Of a stretch of 64,000 nucleotides of DNA, positions 41,811-55,460 are shown piece after piece. The notes beneath the pieces are model-generated. The model was given only the letters and a program-made list of their open reading frames with translations. It was not told the DNA's origin and ran no database searches. Each line of letters starts with the position of its first letter. Within the stretch, counting starts at the first letter, position 1. Source of the stretch: Octopus sinensis (taxonomy: Eukaryota); assembly GCF_006345805.1 (NCBI RefSeq), contig NC_043004.1:87978001-88042000 (forward strand), read 5' to 3'. The translations under genes were made by a program, and so were the position numbers.

Positions 41811-44011
41811 AGATCAAGAAAATAAAAAATGTGTTATAATACAAGAAAACATAATGATATTGTGCTCAGATAATGATTTTATTAACGAACGAAAAATATT
41901 GCAATAATTCAAAAACCAAATGTGAGATAGTAAACTGTAATTCCAGTTGCCCAAGATGTAAATGAATGAGATTTTACTAAAAACAAGCGTCAAGTGGTAT
42001 AAAAGAATAAATACTTGAAATTAGTCAATGTATAAAATATGTCACCTGATCGAGTTCATAAAGTGTCCTTCTGTACTAGATAAACAGACGTACGCTAAAA
42101 GATAAATGATGTTGGAGAAGGAAAATGTCACATGACAGAATCGCTCCACATGATTGGATGAAATAAAATAGACAATTAATAAATAATATTTTGTGTCGAG
42201 ACAAGTGGGGTTGTCTCAAAACTTCTTATCGCATTAATTTTGGCTCATTTTCTTTGACAAACTCATTAAAAAACTTATGTCAGTTAACTTTCTTTAACAA
42301 TGTTAAATGATGATTTTCTGAACACCTTACTATTTATTGAGTTTTGATATTGCCTCCTTGGTGACTGCATGCAAAGATTAAATTTTTACCACAAATTGAC
42401 TGTATTAAATCTTGTCAAAGAGCGAGGTTGGATATATCCTCTATGAAGTCCAATTGAGGATTGGCTTTTCCAGATGTTAGTGTAGGATATAAGACTGTTT
42501 GTGGGCTTTTTGCTGATATCAGATTTTCTATTAATGTTGTGGAAGGAGTGTCTCTGTCAACGTAGACTTAGTTTAAACTCATTGGAGGTCAACACGATAT
42601 AGTAATTTATAGATGATGCCTTCGTACAGGTATTTTTGGAGAAGGCGGTTTCATGGTTTGCTACATTATTAGAGTTAATGAGGAGAGTGTTCAATCTTTT
42701 TGTAAGTTGTTTGAAAAAGTGTGGGCGATGATTGTGGATATAGAAGAAACCGATGTCATTACACATGTTTTTATTACAATATTGGGAAGCTCATTAACGC
42801 CACATGTATTTTCCATGTATATCGCTTTGGTTTTATGGTAATCAAGAAATTATTTTTGACATTTTATTATGTTCTTTCTTGCTTCTTTTTCGATATCTAA
42901 ATAATTTTGGCGGACTGAATATTAAATCTAACAGTCTGGATGATAGCAAATTTCATACTATTTTTGTTTCCCCGTAGATTTCTACTAACCTTCCAATCGA
43001 TTTAACAACGATTTCCGAAGGTAATATGTCCTTATTTTTATTTCCCTCTTATCAAACCATTTGTCTTTACAATTAGAGATCAGTTTAAAGAGCCTTTACT
43101 GTTATTAGATCTGTCTTCATTAGTGGCGACATTATAACAAATTCAAGCTTTAAAATCTTGATATTTCCCAACACTTTCTCTTTCTTTGATTCCTTATCTA
43201 GTATCCTTGACTATTGCATTACCGACAATTTTGAAACTTTTACTTCCTTTTCAACCTTAACTATAGTTAATCTGTTACCTTTATATATTTATGATTGCTT
43301 TGTAAGTTGAAATTACAATTTCAAATTGCAAACAGCGTTGATATTTTCAGCTTCAGTTTAAAATACGATAATTTTCTTCCCATTATTTAATCCCCTTTTC
43401 TAAATTATACCCTACATTACATGGCTCCTAATGGAAGCCTGTGCAATATTACTTTCTCTTACACTCCTTTCTTGAGTAGTTTATTGAATTTACTTATCGG
43501 TTGCGTCATAATCTTAACTTTCGTTTCCACATACATTGAACACGATAAAAATTCTGTTATGGAGTCTATAAATGAGCTAGAAAGCTCAATGTTACAATGC
43601 ATTGGTTATGATTATCTCGAGTCCATGATGTTAGCATGTCAGCAATCTCACTAAAAATGTAAATACATGGATTTTAAAATTGATTTTAACAATGGAACGT
43701 AGAGAAGATAAAATTACAAACAACACCATGTAAGTATTGGGTTAAAAAGCCACTTGGATAATAATCGAAGGCTGCCCGTGGACTTTTATTTATTGCTTTA
43801 TTATCTTCGTGTTCTACTGTTTAAAACTATTTATTTCACGTCTCTCGAGGTTTCTAAATTCTTGTAATGTAAACAACATCTTCTTTTGTATCAAATGTAT
43901 TTCTGTAACAGCAGTTCTATTAAACGTTAAAATACTTTGCATTTTTTAGTCTCAAAAGTTTAGGTTTTCTTCAACTCGTTATTTCAGTATTTCTTTAGAT
44001 TTTCTTTTACA

Positions 44012-44290
44012 TAGGCGTAGGAGTGGCTGTGTGGTAAGTAACTTGCTTACCAACCACATGGTTCCGGGTTCAGTCCCACTGCGTGGCACCTTGTGCAAGT
44101 GTCTTCTACTATAGCCTCGGGCCGACCAAAGACTTGTGAGTGGATTTGGTAGACGGAAACTGATAGAAGCCCGTCTTATATATGTATATATATATATGTA
44201 TATGCGTGTGTATATGTTTGTGTGTCTGTGTTTGTCCCCCCCAGCATCGCTTGACAACCGATGCTGGTGTGTTTACATCCCCGTAACAGA
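44012..44290 (+). mobile_element. SINE family B, 3'-truncated
   Basis: ggcgtaggagtggctgtgtggtaagtaac...gtttacatccccgtaac. Confidence 0.88.
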
Positions 44291-46579
44291 GATGTCTACT
44301 TTTATATCTACTTCTAAATCCATAAACGTATATGCACAAACTTGCAAAGCTTTATATCCGTGGACTTAAACCAATTTTTTCATATCCATCAGCTTGTTAC
44401 AGAAAGTTAAACCTGTTTGCAATCTAATACCTGTTATTGTATTTAATATTGTTTTACTTTATTTCATTTCATCTTCTTTTATCGTTTTTCATCCTATTTT
44501 ATTGTGTTTTCTCTCATCTTCCTCCCTATCTATCTTACTAACGGCGTTATCTGGTTATCTTAGTCAAATAACTCTTTACATTTAATTGTTCTTTACTACT
44601 AAAATAATGAATACCACAGTTATGGTGTGAAGTCTAGACGTAGTATAGATATGACTTCTGTAATATTAATTCCAACGACATTTTCTCTTTCCCCGGGTAC
44701 TAAGCCACGTGACTGAGAATGTTTGGCATTGAATTGCGGAATTTATTCAATAGAAAGTGCTAAATATTCTCTTGTATCGTCGTTTCACACCATTTATTTT
44801 CTCTCCATCACATTTGGATGTATAAGATTTAAAGCGTGTTTTAAATGTATTTCTGTGCGGAACAGTGACTTTCGTAGAAGACATACCAGCGAAATTTTAC
44901 TCTAATTATCACTGCTCTTGTCGCCGTCACTGCAAGTGTTTATATAATGCTGTGTATCCTTCTGGAGATCTCATAGATGTTCTTTGATTGTGTTTTGTAA
45001 GTATTTTATAGTCTTCATAAAACATATTCATACTGACACGTAACTCCTGTCGTTCCCTAGCGACATTTGTACGTTTTGGAGAAAATGTGCTGGGTGTATT
45101 AGGCTAACATGTTGAAATATGGACTAGAGGAAAATACATTTAACAGTAATTATTCATAACGATAAACGTTTATAATATACAATGTGTACAACTGTTAAAT
45201 GCATGATATGTATGAATCAAGAAAAAAACTTGTTTAAGAATAAGAGTGGAAACGTTATATTGTAGAACATAATTGTTAATTATGACAGGAATAATTTCCT
45301 TGTGAGAGGTTGAGGAAAGAAAATTATCGAATCAAGACACACTAAGACACAGAATTTCCGGCTGCCATATGAAATATTCCTTCGGGAATTGAATATCAGG
45401 ACTGCTATCTATCCGAGAAATTCTACATAGAATGTTTCAAACAAAATGTAGGCGCAAAAATGGAACTTGCCTTTCAGACTAGCACCGCCTTTCGTTAACT
45501 GACATCACAAATGTTTAGCTTCCTTTTTACCATATATAGTGTTATTATTTATCTGCTGCAATGATCTTAGTCAAAATTACCAAATAGAGTAATGCTGTTC
45601 TCCAGCGGTTTTGGCTTTAAAACTTCAACATTTGGGTTTGAATTTCAAGGAGGGATACCAGCTACAAATAATTTGATGTGACAAAAACACCATTCAATCG
45701 GCGTTGAAGCCATAACTCATTGCTGGTTCAAAGCATTTTCATAACTTTATCTCAGATGCCTATGCTTGTTTCAAACTTCAATTTTAAGTTGGCTCTTGTT
45801 TCATATGTTCTGAGCTTACCTTTCATAAATCCCAAGTTACTCTGGTAATAAAAAAAGGGTTAAGTATATATGTGATTCATAAGCGCCAAGGAAATATGCC
45901 CTGTGTATCACATGCAATACACAAGACGGGCAAATGGTTAAGTGTCTGGATTTCAGTTTTGTTTTCATTCGGAATTATTTTATCGAGTAGGGATCTTTTC
46001 TGTTTGGCTGCCAGCGTCAATTTTCTGTTCGAATTGATTTTATATTTAGTGTAATGATACACTTTTATAGGCTAATTAATGACGTGAAAGTAATTTCGCT
46101 ATAAATCAATAAATAGAAAGTTATTAGTAATTAAACTTTGAAAATTTTGGTAATTTTAGCCAATCGTAAACCAGACACACTCCTGTGTGTATCGAGAGTA
46201 ACAAGTGGGACATGAGAATTCTTTTGCCTGTTGCCATAGTAACAGTTTTGAAAAGTCTGCGAGGAAGCACATACTGACAACAGTCTTTGAAAAGTCTTTT
46301 ATCTGCGGGGAAGCACGTGTTGACCGCATTTCTAACTTAAGTTTTCAATTTTAAGAATATTTTGTAATGTGTTGCTTATTGCATGTTTAAATGTTTGTTT
46401 TTTTTTAAAGCATATTTTGTTCACTCTTATTTTCATGAATAACATATAAACATGTACGTCTTTTGCAACATTGTCGTTTTATTAGATTTTGCTGACAAAT
46501 TTTAAAATTAACATAATAAAAAAACAGTTTGTTTTCAATCGGCGTAGTGGTGGCTGTGTCGTAAGTAGCTTGCTTACCA

Positions 46580-46705
46580 ACCACATGGTTCTGGGTTCAG
46601 TCCCACTGCGTGGCACCTTGGGCAAGTGTCTTCTACTATAGCCTTGGGCTAACCAAAGCCTTGTGAGTGGATTTGGTAGACGGAAACTGAAAGAAGCCCG
46701 TCGTA

Positions 46706-46762
<57 letters not shown>

Positions 46763-46982
46763 ATGCGTGTGTGTATATGCTTGTGTGTTTGTCCCCCCCC
46801 CAGCATAGCTTGACAACCGATGCTGGTGTGTTTACGTCCCCGTAACTTAGCGGTTCGGCAAAAGTGACCGATAGAATAAGTACTAGGCTTACAAAGAATA
46901 AGTTCTGGGGTCGATTTGCTCGACTATAAAGGCGGTGCTCTAGCATGGCTGCAGTCAAATGACTGAAACAAGAAAAAGAGTA
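46580..46982 (+). mobile_element. SINE family B, full length
   Basis: Head, internal (TA)n, 3' half ending gactgaaacaagaaaaagag. Confidence 0.92.
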
Positions 46983-47519
46983 AAAGGGTATTTATTTACA
47001 TGAAAGAAAATTACCGGGGAATTTCTTCCAAACCTTTCTGCTAAAAATTGTAATGTATTTATCGTATGTAGCGTCTTATCATATTTGCATTGATCATTGA
47101 GAAGGTTGTGAGGTGTGCTAAAAATAACAGCAAAATAAGATTTATTTACATGAATGAAAATTACCGGAGATATAACTCGTGTTTACAAATATTGACAACA
47201 CGTGCCATTTTCAGGATGTCGACGACTAAATGTGCAGTCACGCACAAAATGACAGCTTCCAAATCCTGTTTCCTGACTGGGTGAAAATGATCAAACCTTA
47301 AACCTCTATAACTTTTTAAAAACATTTAAACATTTTTCTGAAAAAAAAAAAAAAAAATGAAATAACCCCAGCAATTCAGTTTGGGCAAATGTATTATTGT
47401 GCCAAATTAAAAAAAAATTCGGTAAACTTTAATTTTTGAAATGCTGGCAGCCAAACCGAAAAGATCGTCGAATAGATTTATAAATCTTTAAAACGCATAA
47501 GACATTTTCCATATCTTTT

Positions 47520-47912
47520 ATCTTTTATCTTTTGCTTGTTTCGGTCAGTGGACGGCAGCCATGTTATGGCACCGTCTTGAAGGGTTAAGTTGAACAGATC
47601 GACCTCAGCATTTAACCTTTAAGTCTGATACTAATTATATCGGATTATTTTGCCCAAACGCTACGTTTAGTGGGCCGTAAACATATCAACACCGGTTATC
47701 AAGTGTTGTTGGAGGTGGAGCAAACACAAAGGTACACGTATACACACTTATACGGGAAGCTTCCACCAAACAGTTGCGCCTACCAAATCCACTCGCAAGG
47801 CATTGGTCAGCCTTGGGGTCATAGCAAGAAGATACTTCTCCAAGGTGACGCACTGTGGGACAGAACCCGAAACCATGTGATTGCTAAGCGAGCTTTTTAA
47901 CCATGCAGCCTT
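47520..47912 (-). mobile_element. SINE family B, old copy
   Basis: Reverse complement of both halves, diverged. Confidence 0.7.
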
Positions 47913-48052
47913 GGCGATAATATCTCTAGGACATAACACAGTCATGGACTAACTACTATTTTGAGTTGTGTAACTATTTTTCACTTAACTTTGACAAAGC
48001 AACTAGCGTGAAACATTGTGTTTAAGATCGGCGTTGTTTTAGGACCCTTTTA

Positions 48053-48480
48053 CGGCGGCGAGATTGCAGAGTCAATAGTATGCCGGAAAAAATGCTTAGC
48101 AGCATTTCGCCCGTCTTTATGTTCTGAGTTCAAATTCCGCCAAGGTCGACTCTGCCATTCATCCTTTCGAGATCGATAAATTAAGTACCAGTCAAGCACT
48201 GGGGTTGATATGATTAACTTGTTCCCTCCCCGAAATTGCCTTGTACCAAAATTTGAAGTAATTATTTTATGACCTATATAGGGCGGCGAGCAAGTAGAAT
48301 CGTTCGCACGCCAGACAAAATTCTTAGCGGCATTTCGTCCGTCTTTACGTTATGAGTTCAAATTCCGCCGCGGTCGACTTTGTCTTTTACACTTTCGGGG
48401 TTGATAAATTAAGGATCAGTTAAGCACTGGGATCGATATAATCAACTACCCCACTTCCTAAGTTTCAGGCATTGTGACTA
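48053..48480 (+). mobile_element. Two SINE family A-related copies
   Basis: ggcggcgagattgcagag...gagttcaaattccgccaaggtcgac (48053) and gggcggcgagcaagtag...gagttcaaattccgccgcggtcgac (48281). Confidence 0.8.
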
Positions 48481-48618
48481 TCGTAGAAACGATTATTTTA
48501 GGAACTCCTATCTTGTGCTCCTTTTGACACGTCTTCGGTAACTCCAGGGCAGATAGAGCTCTCCATCCCTGTAAGGTAATCCACCTAGGTGAAGGCCACT
48601 ATAATATAAAATCTACAG

Positions 48619-48893
48619 CAGGGGTTCTCAACCTCTTTTTGCCTATGGAGCCCTTTGATTACTCTCTCTCTCTCTTTTACTCTTTTACTCTTTTACTCTT
48701 TTACTTGTTTCAGTCATTTGACAGCGGCCATGCTGGAGCACCGACTTTTAGTCGAGCAAATCGACCCCGGGACTTATTCTTTGTAAGCCCAGTGCTTATT
48801 CTATCGGTTTCTTTTGCCGAACCGCTAAGTGACGGGCACGCAAACACACCACCATCGGTTGTCAAGCAATGCTAGGGGGACAACACAGACACA

Positions 48894-48961
<68 letters not shown>

Positions 48962-49432
48962 CTTATATACGACAGGCTTCGTTCAGTTTCCGTCTACCAA
49001 ATCCACTCACAAGGCATTGGTCGGCCCGGGGCTATAGCAGAAGACACTTGCTCAAGATGCCACGCAGTGGGACTGAACCCGGAACCATGTGGTTGGTTAG
49101 CAAGGTTAGCAAGGTTACTATTTTATTCTGGTGAACCCCGTCCATTCGAATGGACCCCCATTCGATGTTTAAAAACTAGTTTTATAGAAATTTCTTTAAA
49201 AATTCCTATTTTGTTTTTCACGCATTCACTTGTGTTGTAGGTTGAACTATGTAAAACATTAAAGAAAGAAATCTAGTTGTTTCTTGCAACAAATACAACT
49301 AAAGAAAAAAATTTTCAGGGACCCTCAATAAACTACTGCCGATCCCCAATTTATTATTTTGCTTGCAATGCCCCCCCCCCCAAGTGTTACATCGACACCA
49401 GGGCTCATATGGATCCCGGTTGAGAACCACTC
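48619..49432. mobile_element. hAT (Charlie-like) non-autonomous transposon interrupted by a SINE
   Basis: TIRs caggggttctcaacc (48619) and ggttgagaaccactc (49418-49432); 8-bp flanks atctacag / gtatacag (6/8 match). Confidence 0.7.
48690..49110 (-). mobile_element. SINE family B nested in the hAT element
   Basis: Both halves present, with internal (CA)n(TA)n. Confidence 0.9.
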
Positions 49433-49954
49433 GTATACAGCTTGCTGGTCACCGTAGCCGTCTCAGACCGCTGAGCCACTGTGATCAGACCTCCAAGTCT
49501 AAAGAGCTGGATCAATTTGCGTGGATTGACTCACGAATTAAAACTACTAAGAGCAGGCAAAAAGAAAAGCTCTGCAACGTCAACGATTGACTTACATAGT
49601 CACTCGAGAGCCTGCCACTCTTTCTCATGCAATTTGGACACGAAAAAAACTGCCATCACATACATTTTGCGACCATCTGTATATGACTTGTTTACATAGT
49701 TTCTGTTATTCTAAACTTTAAAAAATTCAACGTTTATTGTAACTGTAAAGACCAAGAGGAATTACATGGAGACAAATTCAATTCATTATTATCAGTATTA
49801 TAGGAAAGTTTATTGCTATAAGCATTTTATTTTCTGTCTGACAGTATCAATAAAGATGTCAAATAATCGTATGAGACAGAAAGCTTTTATGTGGTGGCTC
49901 GACCTGCGAGAAATAACACCGAAATGGAAGATCGTATTGGCTAATAGTCCTGGA

Positions 49955-50120
49955 CAATAGCGTAGCTAGGGGTGGGGCAGACCGCACTGAGCGACACTTT
50001 TGTATCTGCTGCATAAACTTGTATAGGATATATTGAAATAAAAGTTGTCTTAATTTTGTGGTAGTGGCGGGAAATTAAAGGGCTACCACGAGTAGCACGC
50101 ACACATTAGCTACGGCATTG
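49955..50120. mobile_element. Possible MITE with imperfect TIRs
   Basis: caatagcgtagcta (49955) versus tagctacggcattg (50107-50120). Confidence 0.35.
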
Positions 50121-50495
50121 GTCCGGACTGTATAATGAAAGTGCCAAACAAAAAAAAGTGTGTGGGGGGGATTTTTGTGGGTATAGACGACTTTGATCAG
50201 TGACTGTTCAATAAGGTGTGACGTTGGGCCAAGCAACCACAAAAACAATAACGACAACGACGGGTGCGGTAGCGGTGGCGGCGGCGGCGACGATAATTAC
50301 GATGTCATCTGTGTAATAACAAATCAAGTAATAACTTATTTAAATCATTCTGTTTGCCACGTTATTTTATATCAGGCCAGGAGTAATTTGTTTCAGTTTA
50401 ACGAAATATAACTTTTCGCAGTTCTGAGAATCAGATACGTCTGCTAGTAATTAAAATGTCTGCGGTCAAATTCACTGACTTTTCTCAAAAATATT

Positions 50496-50657
50496 AGGCG
50501 CAGGCATGGCTGTGTGGTTCAGATGTTCGCTTTGCAACCATGTGGTTTCGGGTTCAGTCCTACTATGTGGAATCTTGGATAAGAGCCTTCTACTTATAGC
50601 CCCAAGCAGACCAATGCCTTGTGAATGAATTTGGGAGACGGAAACTAAGTACACACA

Positions 50658-50699
<42 letters not shown>

Positions 50700-51180
50700 A
50701 TAAATTGGTTATACTTTTTCTTTTACTTGTTTCATTTGACCGCGGCCATGCTGGAGCACCGCCTTTAGTCGAGCAAATCGACTCCAGGACTTATTCTTTG
50801 TACACTTAGTACTTATTCTATCGGTCTTTATGCTACGTTATGGGGACGTAGACACACCAAGATCGGTTGTCAAGCGATGGTGGAGAGGCAAACACAGATA
50901 CACATACACACACACACACATATATATGTGTGTAAATATGTACACACACACGCACACATATATGTGTGTGTGTGTGTTTATGTGTATCTGTGTTTGTCCC
51001 TCCACCATCGCTTGACAACCGATGTTGGTGTGTTTACGTCCCCATAACCTAGCGGTTCGGCATAAAAGACCGATAGAATAAGTACTAAGTGTACAAAGAA
51101 TATGTACTGGAGTCGATTTGTTCGACTACAAAGGCGATGCTCCAGCATGGCCGCGGTCAAATGACTGAAACAAGTCAAAG
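50496..51180. mobile_element. SINE family B pieces: head (+), 3' half (-), 3' half (+)
   Basis: 50496-50650 (+), 50715-50890 (-), 50985-51180 (+). Confidence 0.8.
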
Positions 51181-52052
51181 AAAAAGTATAACCAATTTAT
51201 TGTACATGAATTTTAATAACAAGATCTTATATGGACCCCAAGAGTCATACGGACTCAGGTTGAAAACCACTGCTGTAAGCTCTTCGAAGGGACTAGCCTG
51301 CTAACACTGCATTCTCTCTCGATGGGGTAACACCTTACTTACCACCTATTACTTTGGAAATATAGATATCTAATGCAAACATGAGAAATTATTACCTGTT
51401 TTACTAGCATTGTTTAAAAAAGACTTTCAAAACTGTGTTCTTGAGTAAATCAGATTTCTTAACTCTTTCCTTTATGGATTTTCTTTCGTATTTGATTGAC
51501 AACTGTTAGTTTTGGAGGCACACAAAGTTAGACATTTTGACTAAGACTCATAACGGAGTTTCTACATAACGGAGTTGCTACAGAAAGAACTGTCACTGCT
51601 CAGAAGATGTAAACATATTCATTACACTCATATTTATTCAGAGACACCACCATATTCACACAGACACTTATAACGACATACGTAGGCATGAACATACACG
51701 TCAAATAGTTCAAATATAAATGTTAATATAAATATATATTTATAAATATGTATATACATATATATATATATGTATGTGTATGTTTGTATGTGTGTGCGCG
51801 TGTGCGTGTGTGTGAAGAGAGGGAGGGACACAGGCATGTATACAAAAAGTGAACATCGTAACCGTTTATGCACTCACACAGAAATACAGACACAGCCATA
51901 TATACATATGCTTACACCATTGAGTGCGTGTGTATGTGTGTGTGTGTATGTGTGTGTGTGTAAGTGTGTGTGTGTGTATGTGTGTGTGTATGTGTGTGTA
52001 TATACATGTATGTAGGCATGTATATATATATATATATATATGTATATGTATG

Positions 52053-52097
<45 letters not shown>

Positions 52098-52298
52098 TTA
52101 TACAAACACTCAGATGCACAATGTGTATGTATGTATATATGTATAAATATATGTGTGTGCATGTATACCTGCTTATATCTATGTTATACACACACACACA
52201 TATATATATGCATATATATGAATGTACATTATAATTATATATATATATATATATGTGCATATATATGAATGTATATAATCATTGTTTCTATAGATATT

Positions 52299-53800
52299 TA
52301 TATAAAATAAAAGAAGGAAAATGCACACAGTTTACATAGTTGCAATATAGTTTTAAATATATTTTATAAGTGAAAGAGTAGTGTGTTTGTCGACCGGTTT
52401 CACTTTTGCTAATCATGACGCTGAAACGATTGTAATTTCGTATTTTCTTAAGAAGATTTTAGTCCATGTTCTTGTATGGTAGGCCGTAAAATGGCTAGGC
52501 TTACATTTAAAGTTCGTGATATAATCTATTTTTGTGTCAGGCATTTTCCATGAAGAATAATTAAGGATGCAACATTTTTCATTGTTTTTTTTTGTTTATA
52601 ATTTACAACCTTTTAGTAGAAGGTATCGTTTTGTGATATCCTGTATCCATCAAGTCTACAACACTTCCTTTGTCTGCTTCTTTAATTGCCAGTTCTTTGT
52701 CGTTTTGCAGTTCAAGTAGAATTTTCGATTCTAAATGGATGAGGTTTGAATGAATTTTTCGCTTATGGAAAGTGTTTGGGAAAGTTTTGATATGATCTCA
52801 GAAGTAATCTAGTATTTTATTCCTAGCCTTAGGTGGAAAATAATTGCTACTGTTTTTAACCAGTTATTCATTCTCGTTGTTGTAATCAGCTAGTGCCTCT
52901 GTGAGTCGTATTTTTCAGGAGAATTCCGAAATATTATCCCCAATTTCATTCTGGTTAGATCTTCGTGGGGTTGGGGTGAATTTTAATCCTTTAGCTAGTA
53001 TACTCATTTTGTTGCAGAGAGCGTTTTCTTCGATAAATTTATTACTTTGGGTTTCTCCTGTAAGTTTTGTTCCAACGTGTGTCTCTGTTTCTCTCCACTC
53101 GGTCTAAAAAAATGTTTATTGTAATTCGGCTGGTAGAAATTATCAGTGTTATCAATTATATTAATATTGCTGGGGGAGCTGGTTTTTCTCTCTGGGTAAG
53201 TTTATGAGATGCTGAAGGGTTGGTTTCGCTGTCGGGCTGAATAGGTTGGAATTCCGTAGTTCACGTTACTTCGATGAGGGATAGAAGAAGTCTATTGGAT
53301 GTATCTAATTGCTGAGGAGAAATAATTACTCCTAACTTTAGGTTGATTTCTTCTAGTAATTCTTATTTGTGTCCCTATTTCTAGATTGAAAACGTTTTAC
53401 TTCCAAGTGAGGAGTTAGTTTTGTGTGTTTTTTTAGATGTTTACAGCTTGATCTAGTTGGATGTTTATTCATTTCTGTACATGTATTTGTTCTAGATTTT
53501 TTTCAGGGAGGGGTTATCTGAGCTGTAGTCTCTTTTACACTGAGTTTCGTAACTAAGGAAAAGAAATTAACACCGTTTCCCCACCGTTGAATGGAATTTA
53601 TTTCTTCCGACTCTCAGCTGTCTTTCCATAGTTTTATAACACTTTCCAAAAGTTGTTCATCAGCACATTTAGTGTGTTCGGTGTGCATTTCCTCATCGAT
53701 GGTTTTATATTTTTGTTCATTATTCGATGCTCTCAGTTTAAGTAGATTTCTCTTTTCATTTTCTTTAGAGCTAATTTCTCCCCAAGTTGTAAACTTTAGG
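52299..53800 (-). mobile_element. Penelope-like element, N-terminal ORF region and start of RT (decayed), joined to a terminal-repeat copy
   Basis: Minus-strand remnants: FLKFTTWGE...YKTIDEEM...LWKD; ELAIKEADKGSVVDLMD (about 52640-52690, PLE IKxADKG motif); SHFYGLP (52478-52491). 52299-52478 is an inverted copy of 55381-55550. Confidence 0.8.
52389..52419 (-). ncRNA. Minimal hammerhead-like motif with AUGAUUA core
   Basis: GUC-AUGAUUA-GC AAAA GU-GAAA-CCGG-UC-GAC. Confidence 0.55.
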
Positions 53801-53900
53801 AATTTGAATCAATACTAAATAATATAAACCTTAACATTCAATTTACGATGGAATATAGCAAAGGACAGCTCCATTTCTTAGATATTATGATAAAAATACC

Positions 53901-54290
53901 AACCACTTGGTTCCGGGTTCAGTTCCACTGCGTGGCACCTTGGGTAAGGGTCTTCTACTATAGCATCGGGCCGACCAAAGCATTGTGAGTGGATTTGGTA
54001 GACGGAAACTGAAAGAAGCCCTTCGCATATATATATATATATATATATATATGAATATATATATATATGTGTGTGTGTGTATGTGTGTGTGTATGTTTGT
54101 GCGTCTGTATTTGTGCCCTCAACGTCGGTGGTGTGTTTACGTCCCTGTCACCTAGCGGTTCGGCAAGCGACACTGATAGAATAAGTACTAGGGTTACAAA
54201 GAATACGTCCTGGCGTCGATTTGCTCGATTAAAGGCGGTGCTGTAGCATGGCCGCAGTCAAATGACTGAAACAAAACAAAATAATAGAAT
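53901..54290 (+). mobile_element. 5'-truncated SINE family B inserted in the Penelope-like RT
   Basis: The RT frame resumes at 54291; aacca occurs at both junctions (53901 and 54291). Confidence 0.9.
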
Positions 54291-55427
54291 AACCAAATTG
54301 TAATTGACTATTATCATAAACCAACGGACTCGAAGCAATATCTTCTGTTTAACTCATGCCACCCGAAATACATCAAAAGAAATATCCCCTTTCATTTAGC
54401 GAATAGGATTTGCACAATAGTGTCTGATGGAAATACTCGGGACCTTCGTCTTTAAGATCTCAGAACAAGACTAACTGAGAAACAATATCCACCGTCACTT
54501 ATACATGATGGAATTAAGTGTGCCAAGAAATTAGGCTTTAAAACATTATGGGAAACAAAACGTAACACCACACCCCGTCACAAAACCCTAGCAACAATGA
54601 GGCATACAACACTATTGTACAAAATCTACCTATGCTCACTAGGGATCCAAAAATGGACAACATTCTGAAAACATAAATTCATCAAATGCAGAAAGCAACA
54701 GAAATCCCTGAAAAGACTTTTGGCAAATGCGAAATCTACACAACAACCGCGAAACCAATGGTTAAAAAAATGTGGACGTTCAAACTGTTGGACATGTTCT
54801 AGCCTACTGGAAGGCTCGGAATTTCTGTTCGAACAAGGAGAGAGGTTTACAATTAAAACCAGCTTCACTTGTGATTCCGAGTAACTAATTTATGTTACAA
54901 TTTGTTCAGGTTGTGGATATAACTATATAGGACAGACACATGTGGGACTTAGACAGAGAACCACACTACATAAGGGACAGATCAATTTCCCAAAGTACGG
55001 ACAGATTCCTTTGAGTGAACACATAGAGAGATGTGCAGGTAATATTCAACCAACCTTCATAGTTTTCCCCATCTACCAGTGTAAAGAAACAGTTTCTATA
55101 CAAGAATGTTTACATAAAGAAAATTTATTTATCGAAAAATACAGAACACTCCTAAATATGAACGCATAACCAACTTTTGTCTCAGTATATATTTTAAGTA
55201 TTCACCACATATCCAAAATTGTACATATTTCATCTCATTACTTTAGCTTTTGAGTTTTTGCATATTTATTTATCCCCCCAGCAAAAAAAAATGAGCAATT
55301 ATCTCCTCTATCTCGAATAATAACAATCACAAGTTACCTACCCTTAGATTTTTCTAGATGTTGATTCATTCACAAAACTACATACAAGAACATGTGCTAA
55401 GAAAATACGAAATTACAATAATTTCAA

Positions 55428-55460
55428 TGTCATGATTAGCAAAAGCGAAACCGATCGACA
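55428..55460 (+). ncRNA. Minimal hammerhead-like motif with AUGAUUA core
   Basis: UGUC-AUGAUUA-GC AAAA GC-GAAA-CCGA-UC-GACA. Confidence 0.55.

Noticed and set aside
42200-43300. Further retroelement ORF remnant (shares about 70 bp with 39260-39330)
   Set aside because: Repeat nature is evident from the shared segment, but no protein motif could be read with confidence.
51328-51360. 27-nt minus-strand micro-exon (DIYISKVIG, PDZ-like)
   Set aside because: Weak acceptor and too short to distinguish from chance.
53640-53665. CTGATGA...GAAA on the minus strand as a hammerhead
   Set aside because: Lies within Penelope ORF coding sequence (ADEQLLES); no stem I, II or III pairing.
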